A DNA stretch of 64,000 bases from NCBI GenBank assembly GCA_946965045.2, contig OX337233.1, forward strand, positions 1-64,000, in the 5' to 3' direction. Positions within the stretch are counted from its first letter, which is position 1; each line of letters opens with the position of its first letter. The notes under the pieces are model-generated. The model ran no database searches, was not told the DNA's origin, and saw only the letters and a list, made by a program, of their open reading frames with translations. Below are positions 31,921 through 43,460 of the stretch, piece after piece. This DNA comes from Epithemia pelagica. Taxonomy: Eukaryota > Protista > Bacillariophyta. Position numbers and translations under genes: made by a program.

Positions 31921-33108
31921 TCAAGTTCCATCCTTGCCTTCATCACCACGGTGAGTATTGGACCTTGCTCGTTTACGAACTGATGTCGAGGTGGAAAAGC
32001 GCGAAATGTCAGCATCTCGGATACCCATTCCTTCCCGGAACTGGTACCATTCGTTCTGAGGCTGCTCATAGAGTCGTCGAAAACACCACGTATTCTTGTC
32101 CATTAATGGGAATGTCGCACAGGTACGATTGTCCAGTCCACCGATCACGGCAACTTGATTGGCAACGGTCACCATACTGCAGCACCATCGTTGTTCTTGC
32201 AGTCGACGAAGATTCCACACGCGGTTGCGAAGCGTATCCCAGACTTCCAAACTTAAATTGCCTCGTCCTCCCGCCACCACCAGACAAGATCCCACGGCTA
32301 CCATTGCACAAAAAGCTCGAGGGTTGGAAAGCACCAATTCAGAGTGAGTGGTCCAAGCGGACGAGAAGGAAATGACTGTCGTCAAAGAGTCGTCTTTTCT
32401 CTCTTCTGCAAAGTCCAAATACTCCACCGAATCAAGTACATTGTCATCGTTTCGGCCTCCAACGACAAAGATGCGGTGTCCAACGACTGCGCTGTCAAAG
32501 TATGATCGAGGAACAGTCATAGATGGTCCCTCAATGAGAGTGTGATTGCTGGTATCAACAATATCCACCGAAGACCAATAACGATTGCTGCGTCCACCCA
32601 TTACAACGATGTATCGGTTGTGCACGGCAACAGCACAACATCCCACTCGTCCCGTTGATAATCGACATGTCAATGTTGTCCAATGACTCTCATGTGTGGT
32701 GGTTTTTGTTAAAGATGATTGTAGTATATCGTTGGTATCAATGAGTTCGATACAATCCCAAATTGAATCTCGATGGCGTCCTCCCATCACGTACACGGCT
32801 CCGTTGCAAACAACAGCGGCATGTCCATCACGTGCCTTGTTCATGGGTGGCCCTTCTCGCCACTGCTTGCTGGGGTCTGCTAGATTCAATACAAGAATGG
32901 AATCTAGCTCGCCTTGACCTGTTCGATATCCACCCAACACGACGACGGTTTGTTCCTTGTGGTTATCGGTATGATCAACTACAACCGAAGCATGATAGTA
33001 ACGCCATCCACCCTCAAGAGGAGGCCAGTCCTCGAAATTCCATTCAGGTGGCGCGTCCGATAAGACAAGGCCCGACTGTCGTGCTTGTTCTTTCAGTGTC
33101 ATGCTCAT
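31921..33108 (-). CDS. Kelch-repeat protein, copy 3
   Basis: Same kelch blades as the other copies; the aligned start MSMTLKEQ is at ATG 33108. Confidence 0.92.
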   Translation of the reverse strand: MSMTLKEQARQSGLVLSDAPPEWNFEDWPPLEGGWRYYHASVVVDHTDNHKEQTVVVLGGYRTGQGELDSILVLNLADPSKQWREGPPMNKARDGHAAVVCNGAVYVMGGRHRDSIWDCIELIDTNDILQSSLTKTTTHESHWTTLTCRLSTGRVGCCAVAVHNRYIVVMGGRSNRYWSSVDIVDTSNHTLIEGPSMTVPRSYFDSAVVGHRIFVVGGRNDDNVLDSVEYLDFAEERKDDSLTTVISFSSAWTTHSELVLSNPRAFCAMVAVGSCLVVAGGRGNLSLEVWDTLRNRVWNLRRLQEQRWCCSMVTVANQVAVIGGLDNRTCATFPLMDKNTWCFRRLYEQPQNEWYQFREGMGIRDADISRFSTSTSVRKRARSNTHRGDEGKDGT

Positions 33109-33521
33109 GGTTCTAAACAATGACTGCAGAATTTATGGGGATCGAGACACTGTCTTGTAAGGCACGTAAGTTTGCTCTGCTCCTTTCATTATGATGGGTG
33201 TGGACTGGAAGCACGACGACTGACTTGACGAAATGGATGGGTTACGAGACAAATCGTGACCATAGCAACGCGATGAAGAAGACCACGCATCCTTCTTGGG
33301 AGTATCGTGGGGGCGTTTTTGGATACCGAAATAAACCTGTGATTGCTGATGGGTTCGGACTTATCCCCAGCGGTGAAGATCCAGAGTTCAGGGCTGGTCT
33401 TATCTTGTGTGAACATTCACAAAGTTCACACAAAAACAGCTTCGGCATGTCACAGTTTTTAGGCGTGAAAATCGAGGGTCCAATCCTGAAGTTCACGTGT
33501 GAACTTTTTTCACATCCCCCG

Positions 33522-34236
33522 AGTTAAAGGAGGGTAGAAAGCTAACTCTAGACGATAGGGTTAGATACAGTAGTTTCTCTAGGTCAACCTATGTGCACAA
33601 TAGACGATGGGGCCCTCACCTTCTATCAGCGTAATAGGTCGACTTCTCCGTTACAAAGCAAGTTTGGTTATCAAACTGGATGTTTATAAAGAAGTGAGAT
33701 TAAACTAAAGATTGTGTTTTTCATCTTGAGATGGTTTGGCTCCTCTCGGATCGTTCGGCCATCATCCCCCAAAATCTAGTCGTACATGAGGAACGTATTC
33801 CTTGCTTCAGTGGACAAGTACTATGGAGCTACGATTAGGGACTAATAGAACTTGTTTTACTCCATAGAGGAATGTGTTCCATCTTGGGTTGGATCTCCTG
33901 TTGATGAAGATCAAGTTCTATTCTCGAAGATCACGTTCTTTTCTCGATCCTCGATTTATGTAGCCCTTACTTCCGAGTGTAGCTCGTCCAGCGTACATCT
34001 CTTCCGAATAGTAGAGGGCATAGTTATGCTTATCCACAAATTCCTGTTGCGGGTCCGTCTGTCCGTTCAACGGCCTACTTCTATTTAAGTACACGTAATG
34101 AATCTTAGATACACGTCAAGGTTTGTGTCGCATACAGCGGTTTGTAACAGATGTCTCAAACCTGGACGATAAACTAGGTGTGCTAGCTGGACTAGTTGAT
34201 CGGATACAGACGTCGTAGAATAGCTATGTCTTAACT
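33522..34236 (-). repeat. Copia-2 3' LTR (AGTTAA...TTAACT)
   Basis: Direct repeat of 51449-52163. Confidence 0.95.
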
Positions 34237-34309
34237 CTCCCTCTCATGGAGTGATTTCTCAAATTGCGATATGCCCCGAGATGTCGGAGGGCAGAAAGAG
34301 AGAGAGGAG

Positions 34310-37300
34310 TTACCATCCTTGATTAAGTTTTCGGCAGCGTTCGAAGAGGTCACGTGCTTGATACTTTGTAAAGTAATCAGCTCGTTGTTCTTCTGTGCTC
34401 ACCATGCTGACCTTAGTTCCTCCTGGGTGATCGCCAACATGTTCCCAAAAGAAATGAAGGTAGGTGTTGAAATGTTTTGTTCTAGGCGTCAACCTTTGCT
34501 TTGTTGCAAGATAGAAGGCACCAGAATTATCTTCGAATACCTCTGAGTAGATTGTAGGCTTTTCGAATGGAAGGTCCAGATTAGTCAATAGTTCCTCTAC
34601 TACACGTCGGGTAGCTATGACACTACGCATGGCTTGTGAGAGGGCATGGTACTCGGCTTGGAGAGTACTTAGGGCTACTGACGACTGAAGTTGGGAACGC
34701 CAAATTAAAGGGCACCCAGAAAGACTCAGAATATATCCTGTACGGGACTTGGCGCTTACAGGATTATCTTGTGGTTCTCGTCCGTGTAGACCGGCGAAAT
34801 CGGCATCTACATAACAATCCAACTTAAAGTCTTTGGTGGGGGTGAAAATCGTTCCCTTGTCTTTAGTACGCACTAGGTAGCGGACTATAGTTTTGATTGC
34901 TGCTGCGTGAGACTTCTTCGGAGCTGTACTAAATCTTGCTACTTGACTAACTGCAAATGCTATATCGGGTCGCGTGTTAGTGGCCAGGTACAATAGCATG
35001 CCGACAATGGACCTGTATTGCCATTTTTCTTGCATAGGTTCACCATCTGGATCACTTCCGAGTGCCAGTTGTGTTGCTGGTGTCCATTTGGGCTTACAGT
35101 CTTGTAGTCCTGTAGCTTTGATTATTTTGTTGATCAGGCCCTTTTGGGTCATTGTAATTGACTTGGTCTTTTCGTTATGTACAAAGTTGATCCCTAGGTA
35201 ATCAGTGAAGTTTCTTTCTTTTTGCAAAGATAGTCCTTTCTCTTTTAGCCGTTCAATAAGGTCGTCTACAAGTTTCATTGTAGGGGCACATACACCACAG
35301 TCATCTACCCAGAGAAAGATAATTATGTCTTTCTTGTACAGTAGACATTTATCATGCTTACTCATTTGGAAACCATCTTGCAATAGGGCCTTTACTAGGT
35401 GGTCGTACCAAAGTCTTGGTGCGGATGAGAGTCCGTATAGACTCTTAAGAAGCCTGAGGCACATAGTTCCAGGTGATGATGATCTGAAGCCTCTTGGAAG
35501 GTGAATCCAGACAGGTTCATGAAGTGTTGCTTGCACGAATGCATTGTTGAAATCGATGCAGGCAAGCTCCCATCCTAGAACTAGACTAAGGACAAGCACT
35601 ATTCGAATTGTGCTCCAATTGACAACAGGAGAGTAATTTTCTTCTTCGGTTTCCTGTAGGTCTCCTCGTACACAGTACCTAGCTTTGTATTTTTGTATCT
35701 CTCCATCTGGAGAGCGTTTTCTTTTAAAGACCCATGTTCCTGGTAGGATTCTTGTAGTTGCCTCGGATTTCGGCACTTCCGTCCATGTTCCTTTTCCTTC
35801 TAGTTCCCTAATCTCATTTTCGGCCGCTTCTTTCCACCTATCTATGTCGTTATCTCGCATTGCTTCGTCATAGCTCAATGTGTCCGGGTCGGAAATCGAC
35901 GCTTTCATCATTGAAAGCAGATCGTTAGGCTGATAGGACGGAGCTAGAGAGGCTAGGTTAGCATCCTGTACATAGCGTTGCGGTGGACGGATAGTTCGTC
36001 CGGAGCGTCGGCTAGTTCTGAAAGAACTAGGTGGAGTCGGTTCCGGAGGAGGTTGTTCCCTCTTAGGAGTGGCAGATTTTAAGGGGGTCATAACAGGGGG
36101 TGAAGGAGGATCCTGCTCTGCGATTGGCGTTAAGACGGTGTTCTCCCTCTGAGGAAGGGGCGCTGCAACAGGGGTGTGTGGAACTCCCTCTGAGGGCAGT
36201 GTCGGTTCCGCTACGGGAGCAGAGTGAGAAGAAACAGGAGGCAAAGTGGGAGGAGTGGGTATGGGTAAAGGATCGTCGGGCATATGCCGATCCATGGATT
36301 GATGGATATGATCCAATCGATTTTCATATTTGGATCGATGGACCTCATCAGTTGCAGTAGGCGATTCCATATTTTCTTCTGTTTCGTCTTCAGTATATTG
36401 ATATCGAGATTCTCCGAATAATTGGTCCCATTCAGTACTAGTGAAATCTGGAACATCCTCAACGGAAGTGGCTATTGTAGAAAACCAATCATCGAATACC
36501 ACATGGAATTGCGGTGTGATAGATCCTGTAGAAGGGTTTAAAACTAAAGGTACAGTTGTTGCGTGTCGATTACTCAAGCCCATTAGTATACACCGTGTGG
36601 AACGTGGCTTCCACCTAGGTAGCTTCTTTCCATCTGACATAGATTTGTCCAGTACGTAGACAGGGCAGCCCCACACGTGTAAGTCGTGGAACTTTCGCTG
36701 CTCCCATCTAGTGCGAGTGAATAAATCATGTGGGCTTATTCCGGTGGCGGTGTTGGGGACATGGTTACAGAAGAAGGTAGCATGGGACACAGCCATGGGC
36801 CATAGTGAGGGATCAGCCATTTCTGGCCAATGTATAGCGGCGTGTAGCATCATGGTGCGCGCTATAGACATAATTGTTTGTATGGCCCGCTCGGCTATAC
36901 CGGCGTGATGATGAGCCCCTACTCCAGCAAAGCGGTATGTTTGAGCAAAAGTTTGTAGGGACTCTGTATATTTGGCAGAGGTGAATGCCGATCCATTATC
37001 GGTGAGATACTGAGAGGGCATAACTCCAACGTCTCTACAAAATAACTCGAAGGAATTTTTAACGTGTAGAGTTTCATGAGTATTTAAGTGGCTCTGAAAG
37101 CCAATCCAGGTGTAACCCGAAGTGTGGTCTACGAATATTGCTCCACCCATATACATATCCTTAGACGTGGATGAACCCTGAGTATTGAATCTTCTTCCCT
37201 TAGTAGAGCATACGAAATGATCGACACTGACACATTGTACAGGATATAAATTTTCTGCTTTTGTTATCCCCTTGCGATCCTTCACAATGGAACTTGTGGT

Positions 37301-40300
37301 TCCAGGTGACGGTCTTCGCTTTTGTTTGCCATATTGGCAGGCTGCACAAAGAGGTAAGTTCGTGAGAGTGGATGCTTTGATGTGGAGTCGATGCTTGTGT
37401 TCACTGGTTGCAAGCACTCCGGTTCTCATAACAAATTGAACTTTTGGAAACGACAGGTGGCCGAAGCGATTGTGCCAACGTACCAATTCTTGTTGCGCTT
37501 CGCTTAAATTCATGTTGTGCTGTGACGTTTCTGAAATGATGGAGCTGAGAGCGTGTGCGCTTTTCTTTACTTCTTTGTGGTCGTACCCATACGACATGGG
37601 CAGGTTGTTGGACGGATTGATGAGAATTGTGATTTGCGTTCGTTTCTTGTCACCGGGTATTCCTGTAAGCACCATTGTCTTTCCATCTTGGATGATTTTC
37701 TCACCGTCGTATGTTTGGAGCAGACTTTGTGTTGACAGGAGTCTTGCGTTGGTCTTTGGCACAAGAAAGGCAGGGAGTTTGAGCTGTCTGAGCTTCCCTT
37801 CGGTGTCGAGCACAGACCATAAGACAAAACCTCGGCCTGTTGCCTTCATCCTGTTGGCGATTCCTTTTACATTGAAGTTTGGCAAGGGCTGGATTGTTTC
37901 GATGAAGTCTTGAGTCTGGTTTGTGATCGAGATGCTGGCTCCGCTGTCCCAAATAATTGGATAGGATGCATTGTGTGGCATGGCGCTTCGTAAAGCGAGA
38001 GGATCCTGAAGGCAAGCTTGGAGTCCAGCTTGTGTAATTTGTTCCCATTGGTGGTGTGGTGTGCTCCCCAAGGTCCTGAAGACATCGCAGAGTGTGGGTC
38101 CCTCAAGGCACGCTGCAAGAGCGAACATTTCTCGTTCCTTTGCAGATCGTGTGTTCCTGAAGATGTCGACAGGATTTGTCGACGGGTGGTTATTAGAGTT
38201 CCTATTCCGATGATGGTTCATCGGGTTCGATGGATGGTTGGCGCGATGGGGGTTCTGATAGCGGTCCATGGGTGTGGTACAGTATGCTTCTTGTGGGTTG
38301 CGTCGTTTCTTGAAATGGATTCGTTGTTGACGAAGTCGTTGTTGCAAGGATGGACGGTTAACCCGTGTCAGTCGAGTCCGCATTCGTGCTCGCTTGGTGA
38401 CTGGAGCAGGGTGAATTGGTCGGAAAACGGATTTGCGTTTGCGTTTGGGACCGGCTCGTCGAGGGGACAAAGGTTGGTGTTCTCCCTCTTTCGAGCGATT
38501 GGCCCTGCCAGAAAGCAACAATTTACCAACAGACACAACAATCAAACGGAGGCAGTCGAAAAGGACACGGCCATTAAGGATGGATCCAACAATCTTGCAC
38601 CAGAAGGTGTGGAAGAGAAGCGTGTTCCCGAACAAAGGTGGTGGAGCTTGGCGACGTGGGTGGAGATTGACTCGGAAATGGTTCACAGCGGATGGGCGCT
38701 GTGGCTGGGGTGAGAATAAAGAACGGATAGGGGCAGTGTGTGCCACGCTAGGCGATTCCCAGGGTGCAACCATGAAGGCAGCCAACCAACAGCACAACCA
38801 GGTGAAGAAAGCAGGTGGGCACGATGGGTGAATAAGAACACTCCAAACAAGGGCAGATCCGCCGTAGGTCAAGTCTCGGATTCCCAAGTACAGATGGGTC
38901 ATTCCCGACCAAATAGACTTAAAACCTGAAATAGTTGCATTGTTTGCATGTTCCAGAGGGTGAGGAACAGGTAGGATCCAAAGGATACTGGATAGGACCA
39001 CAAGAAGGGTCGTGAAGCTAGCCGCAAACATGTGCCAAGGGAAAGGAGGAATTGTGGTTGTCTCGCCCTGCGTTTGTGCCGACCCGACAGGCGCAGTGTG
39101 GTTGCTTACACGTGTAGGGCCACGTGTATCTCCGGGCGTGGTGTCCGAGAAAGTACTATAAGGTGCATAGTTCATTTCGAACTGATCGAAATCCGGAAAG
39201 TCTTTGCTAGGACTGTCACGAGGCGTCTGTGATTGTGATGGATAGACTGTACTGCTAGATCCATCAGAACGAACACGATCAGGGCAGACCGGCGTCGGGA
39301 TGTCAGGAGCAAGGTCGCCGGCCGCTAAGTCCCAAGCAAATTCGTGAATGAGAGTCAAAGGTAGACTCCGATTGGAATAGGGTGATCCTTCAACCTGTTC
39401 ACGTGCATGTGTGTAAATCCATAGTTCTTTAACAAGCTCGCCTTGGTTGTGTAGCTTGATTTCCAGCTCTCCACGTGTAGCTGGATCAGACTCACGGTTG
39501 AATGCAAGGCGTGTTGTCACTAATTCCTCAGTCGCGTTGGTTAAGAGGACGTCCATCTTGTCTGGATCTTGGTCAAACCCGTGCTTCCCCAGTACATTAT
39601 GGATCACAGTAATACTGTGGGGGACACACGTGAGGTATTGGATGATACTGTCACAGAGTGAGACAAAAGGGGACTCGTTGTTCTCGTCGATCTCATCTTC
39701 ACTTTCCAAATTTTTGTTTGCATCAGTCATCTCTTCGTCGTCGGAGCTCGAGTCCGAGTTAGCAATCTCAATGAGTGCCATCTTGGCATAGTATTGCGCA
39801 AAAGGATTGATGTGAGGGTAAGTGATATCTGTTTCGTTTGTTGTGTGAGAAGCGTCAGTGGGAACGTATTGTTCTCCAAGATTGCTTGTGTCGACGAACG
39901 ACGTCGAGGAGAAATATCGTTCTCCATCAGCTGTGTCAGCCATGTCTTCTGCTTGCTGTTCCAAAGTCTCACATGCCTTGCTTCTTGAACTGAGATTTAC
40001 AGAGGGTGGATCTGAGATATTGACTGGTGACGGCGTGGCGTTGCTTTGATTGAGAAGGGCAACAAATTGTGCATGGTATCCTCGTTCAATTGGTCGATGT
40101 TCCATAATGCGAGCCCGAAGAAGGCAAGGTGGCGGATCGGATTGAATCTCGAGTCCAGGCCAGACAGGAGCTGGATTTGGGTGGTGTGGGATCCTCGTAC
40201 CATCCAAATACCATCCAAGGTACCATTCTTCGTTCTTTACTCTTTGGTAAGCCTGCGCGATGGTAAGTTTCGGCTCTTGGTGTTGCAGAGCGTAAACGGT

Positions 40301-41589
40301 GTACTGCGCTCTCTCATAACGCATTCCATCTCGTCTTGCTTTTGCTGCTTCTTCCTCTATGGAGATCCGTGGATCTGTTGCAGGAGGACGTAGTCCTGGT
40401 TGAAAGCTTCTTGCCCATTCTTCCAAAGTTCTCACAGAAGGACGAGGTTGGAGATTGAGTCGAGGAGGTGAAGTGTGGTCCATCTGGATAGGTGAGATTT
40501 CTGGTTGCATTGCTGCAGGTTTCCTATCCTCTTGTTCCTCATCACTTGCAATCTCTCCTCTCTGCAAGTTCTTGAGAGGGGTCATTGAGATATTGTCATC
40601 GCTCAAAACCGAGCTGTCCTGTGTCGTATCGAGGATCGAGCTCATTGTTGTGTTGTGGGAACGCATATGTGTGTCGTCACTGCCAAGGTTGAGTTGAGAG
40701 CTGTCAAAGCTCGCTTCGTGTGCAGCTGTGTTTGCTTCAACAGTTTGGACGGCCATGCTTAGATCCGTGTCCATGTTTTGGTTCTTGCTTGATGTGTCAT
40801 ACCAGGAGTTGATATCCTCCCATTCGTCGAAATACAATGTATTTGCTTCGGCTTCTGTCTCACTACCACATCTCTTTTCACAGCAATGACGACGTACAAG
40901 AGGTGGTAGAGAAGGGAAGGACTCATCGGATGCAACAATTGACTCTCCAGACCCAACAATCAACCCCAGAGGAGTTCCTCCCTCTGTTTTCCGTTCTTCG
41001 GTGATGTGGTCCACACAACAATTTGTTTCTTCTTGGTTCTGTGGAGGATCCTTATTTGAATGGGAGGACCATTCCAGGGAGGATGTGTCTGCCGAGTGGT
41101 GATCAAAGTTGGGATTGTTGACTGGGTGCTGAATCATGTTGGAAGAATTGGAGGTTCCGTGTACTTCCATGAAGTCGCATTGCATGACAAAGGCGCACAA
41201 GTCGAAGTCCTGTGTATTGGTATATCCTTTGTGGTCTTCTTCAAGAGACATGCAATCTGGAAGATCTTTCCAGTCGTTGGTATTACAGTCTTGGTCATTA
41301 CAAAGCACACAACAATCAAACTCCGTTTTCCAAGCGGACACATCAAACTCGAGCTTGTGGGCTCGGGATTCCTTGGTGCCGTGCTTGTTTTTCTTGTATC
41401 CAACAATATGCTTGGCGGTCCCATGGGTGTCATTCCATCGTTTACAGATGGCACACCAATAATACATAACCCCGTCTACAATCATGGATTCAGGTTCATG
41501 AGAGGCCGGAGGCACAAGCCGCCACGGATGCACCTTTGAACGGTCAACTCGAGTCATATTCTTTTTGTGTTGGGGTTTCTTCTTTCCCC
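34310..41589 (-). CDS. gag-pol: Copia-2 Gag-Pol, 3' part (zinc knuckle, long spacer, PR-IN-RT-RH)
   Basis: Motifs: YYWCAICKRWNDTH; IIWDSGAS; WHNRFGH/CAAC; VSVDHF..LTDNG..AERAI; YKARYCVRGD; LWVDD; YVDADFAG. It joins 49895-51239 in frame once Copia-3 and one TSD copy are removed. Confidence 0.93.
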
Positions 41590-41594
41590 CCTTG

Positions 41595-42352
41595 TGTTAG
41601 GATTCTCACCGAAAACTAGGTGGTGAAACCTACAACTCATCGAATGATGCTAGTATTTTATGGCATCCGATGACATTTTCCTAAAAGTGAGAAAAGAATG
41701 TCGGCATGCTCGCGAAACTATAAATTTGGCCACGGCATGCTCGCAGTGCACGCGTTATCGGCGACCGCTCGGATATTAACTATGGCCCAACACGTGCGCG
41801 CCCAAAACTATCAAGTGCGCGCCTCTACTATCCGAGTACGCGCATCCACGATTCGACCTAACGGTCTATGTAATCAAAGCACGAATCACGATCACGCGAG
41901 ACCATAACTCTGTTCCCACAAATCCAAGAATGCAAACAGCAACGCGCCCAGGACAAGACTTATACCACGACAAAGCAAGAGCTGTTGCATCCCATACATG
42001 TTATCCATCACCCTATACATTCAATACACACCAATGCCGGTCTACTCCAACCAGTGAGGACCTATCACACCAGATCCATGGCCGTATACAAGAGCCAGGA
42101 CTTCGGCACCATCAACCACCTTAGTTAGTAATCGTCTCACAATCATTAATATCACCATTTTAACACTCATCTTAAGACTAACCTCTTATCAGTGGACCGA
42201 CTGCCCCCACCCACGGCGGACTTCGACTTGCAACTCTTCTCTGACCCGTGGAGGATTGTTGTATCGGTTGGTGATTCGATTGTCGGCTCAGCGAGCCTTT
42301 TACCTATCCTACCTATCTGTCTAACCCCTGTTGAATCGAGAGAAGTTTATCA
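41595..42352 (+). repeat. Copia-3 5' LTR
   Basis: Direct repeat of 49137-49894. Confidence 0.96.
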
Positions 42353-42363
42353 GATTAACAGTC
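42353..42363 (+). promoter_or_regulatory. Copia-3 PBS, complementary to a tRNA-Asn(GUU) anticodon arm
   Basis: GATTAACAGTC abuts the LTR. Its reverse complement GACTGTTAATC is a stem-CT-GTT-AA-stem anticodon arm. Confidence 0.65.
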
Positions 42364-42390
42364 TCATCGTTTATTTCCGAGAAGCTTTCG

Positions 42391-43146
42391 ATGTCTCACG
42401 ACGATTCCAACCTCTCTATTCGACACATCTTTCATTCCTTCCAACAAAGCGGGGAGGAACTCCATCCACCCGTGGCCCATCCGGGCGAGCCCTTGGTTGA
42501 AACTCCGAAACAGACCCCGACTCAGGCCAGTGCTCCGAATCCCTTCCAGACCCCGGACCAAGTGGTCCAGCCTCCTTCGATCCCGACTCAACCTTCGACT
42601 CCGCCTCGCCGTTTGAACCCTACTCGCACCCGACGTACGAGCCGTCTTCTTACTGCGCATATCCGACACTTCCGCGAGCCGACTGAGTCGACTACCGACC
42701 CCGACGTGATCCGTTCCACAACCGAACGCGAGATCGATTTCCAGTCCGTCCAACCCGTGACTGACCTTGAGGACATCCAACGACTTCTCGACCTCTTGAA
42801 CCAGTGCTCGAGACGCCGTTTCATTGTCCAAGCCCTGTTGGGCAACCCTGTGGAACCCATCCGTATTCGATTCATCTCCTTTGAACGTCCAACCAACTAC
42901 TTCCACACCATCTGGATCGTCAACTCAACGACGAATCCGCTACCTACCCCGACTACTCGTCTCGACGAGTACGTCTCCTTTGTTCACGAGATCCATCTCT
43001 GCCAGGATTTCCGTGCGACTATCTACCCTCTCTTCACTCAACACGTGAACCACTTGTTGGAAGACGACGACGTTGAAGAACTAGCCACTACAGTGACCGA
43101 TTCCGCATCTCGTCTTCAGTACCGAGCCGAAAGTGACCAAGAATAA
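42391..43146 (+). CDS. Extra ORF (251 aa) of Copia-3 upstream of gag-pol; unknown function
   Basis: ATG at 42391 and open to TAA 43146. A Pro/Thr-rich N-terminal half is followed by a globular-looking C-terminal half. Confidence 0.65.
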   Translation: MSHDDSNLSIRHIFHSFQQSGEELHPPVAHPGEPLVETPKQTPTQASAPNPFQTPDQVVQPPSIPTQPSTPPRRLNPTRTRRTSRLLTAHIRHFREPTESTTDPDVIRSTTEREIDFQSVQPVTDLEDIQRLLDLLNQCSRRRFIVQALLGNPVEPIRIRFISFERPTNYFHTIWIVNSTTNPLPTPTTRLDEYVSFVHEIHLCQDFRATIYPLFTQHVNHLLEDDDVEELATTVTDSASRLQYRAESDQE

Positions 43147-43460
43147 GTAATTTTACGTAGTTTCTACACCAAACCAGACACAAGACCGAGTTCCGCACAT
43201 CCGGGTACCCTTGGTCGCACAACACGCCACACATTCCCGTCAAATCGCGAAAATTCGGCGAAAATTTGTTGAAACTCGGCGAAATTTTGTCGGAATCAAC
43301 GGAAATTTCCAGGAGTCGCACATCACAACACACATCCGGGTATCGCATACGTGGTACATACGTGGCACACGTGGTACATCCGGGTTCACACCACATCACA
43401 CATTAAATAAACCACATCACACCGCACATTAAATAAACATCGAACCAACCAAATAACATC

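Noticed and set aside
42391-43146. Copia-3 extra ORF as an env gene
   Set aside because: It lies upstream of gag and has no signal peptide or TM segment.
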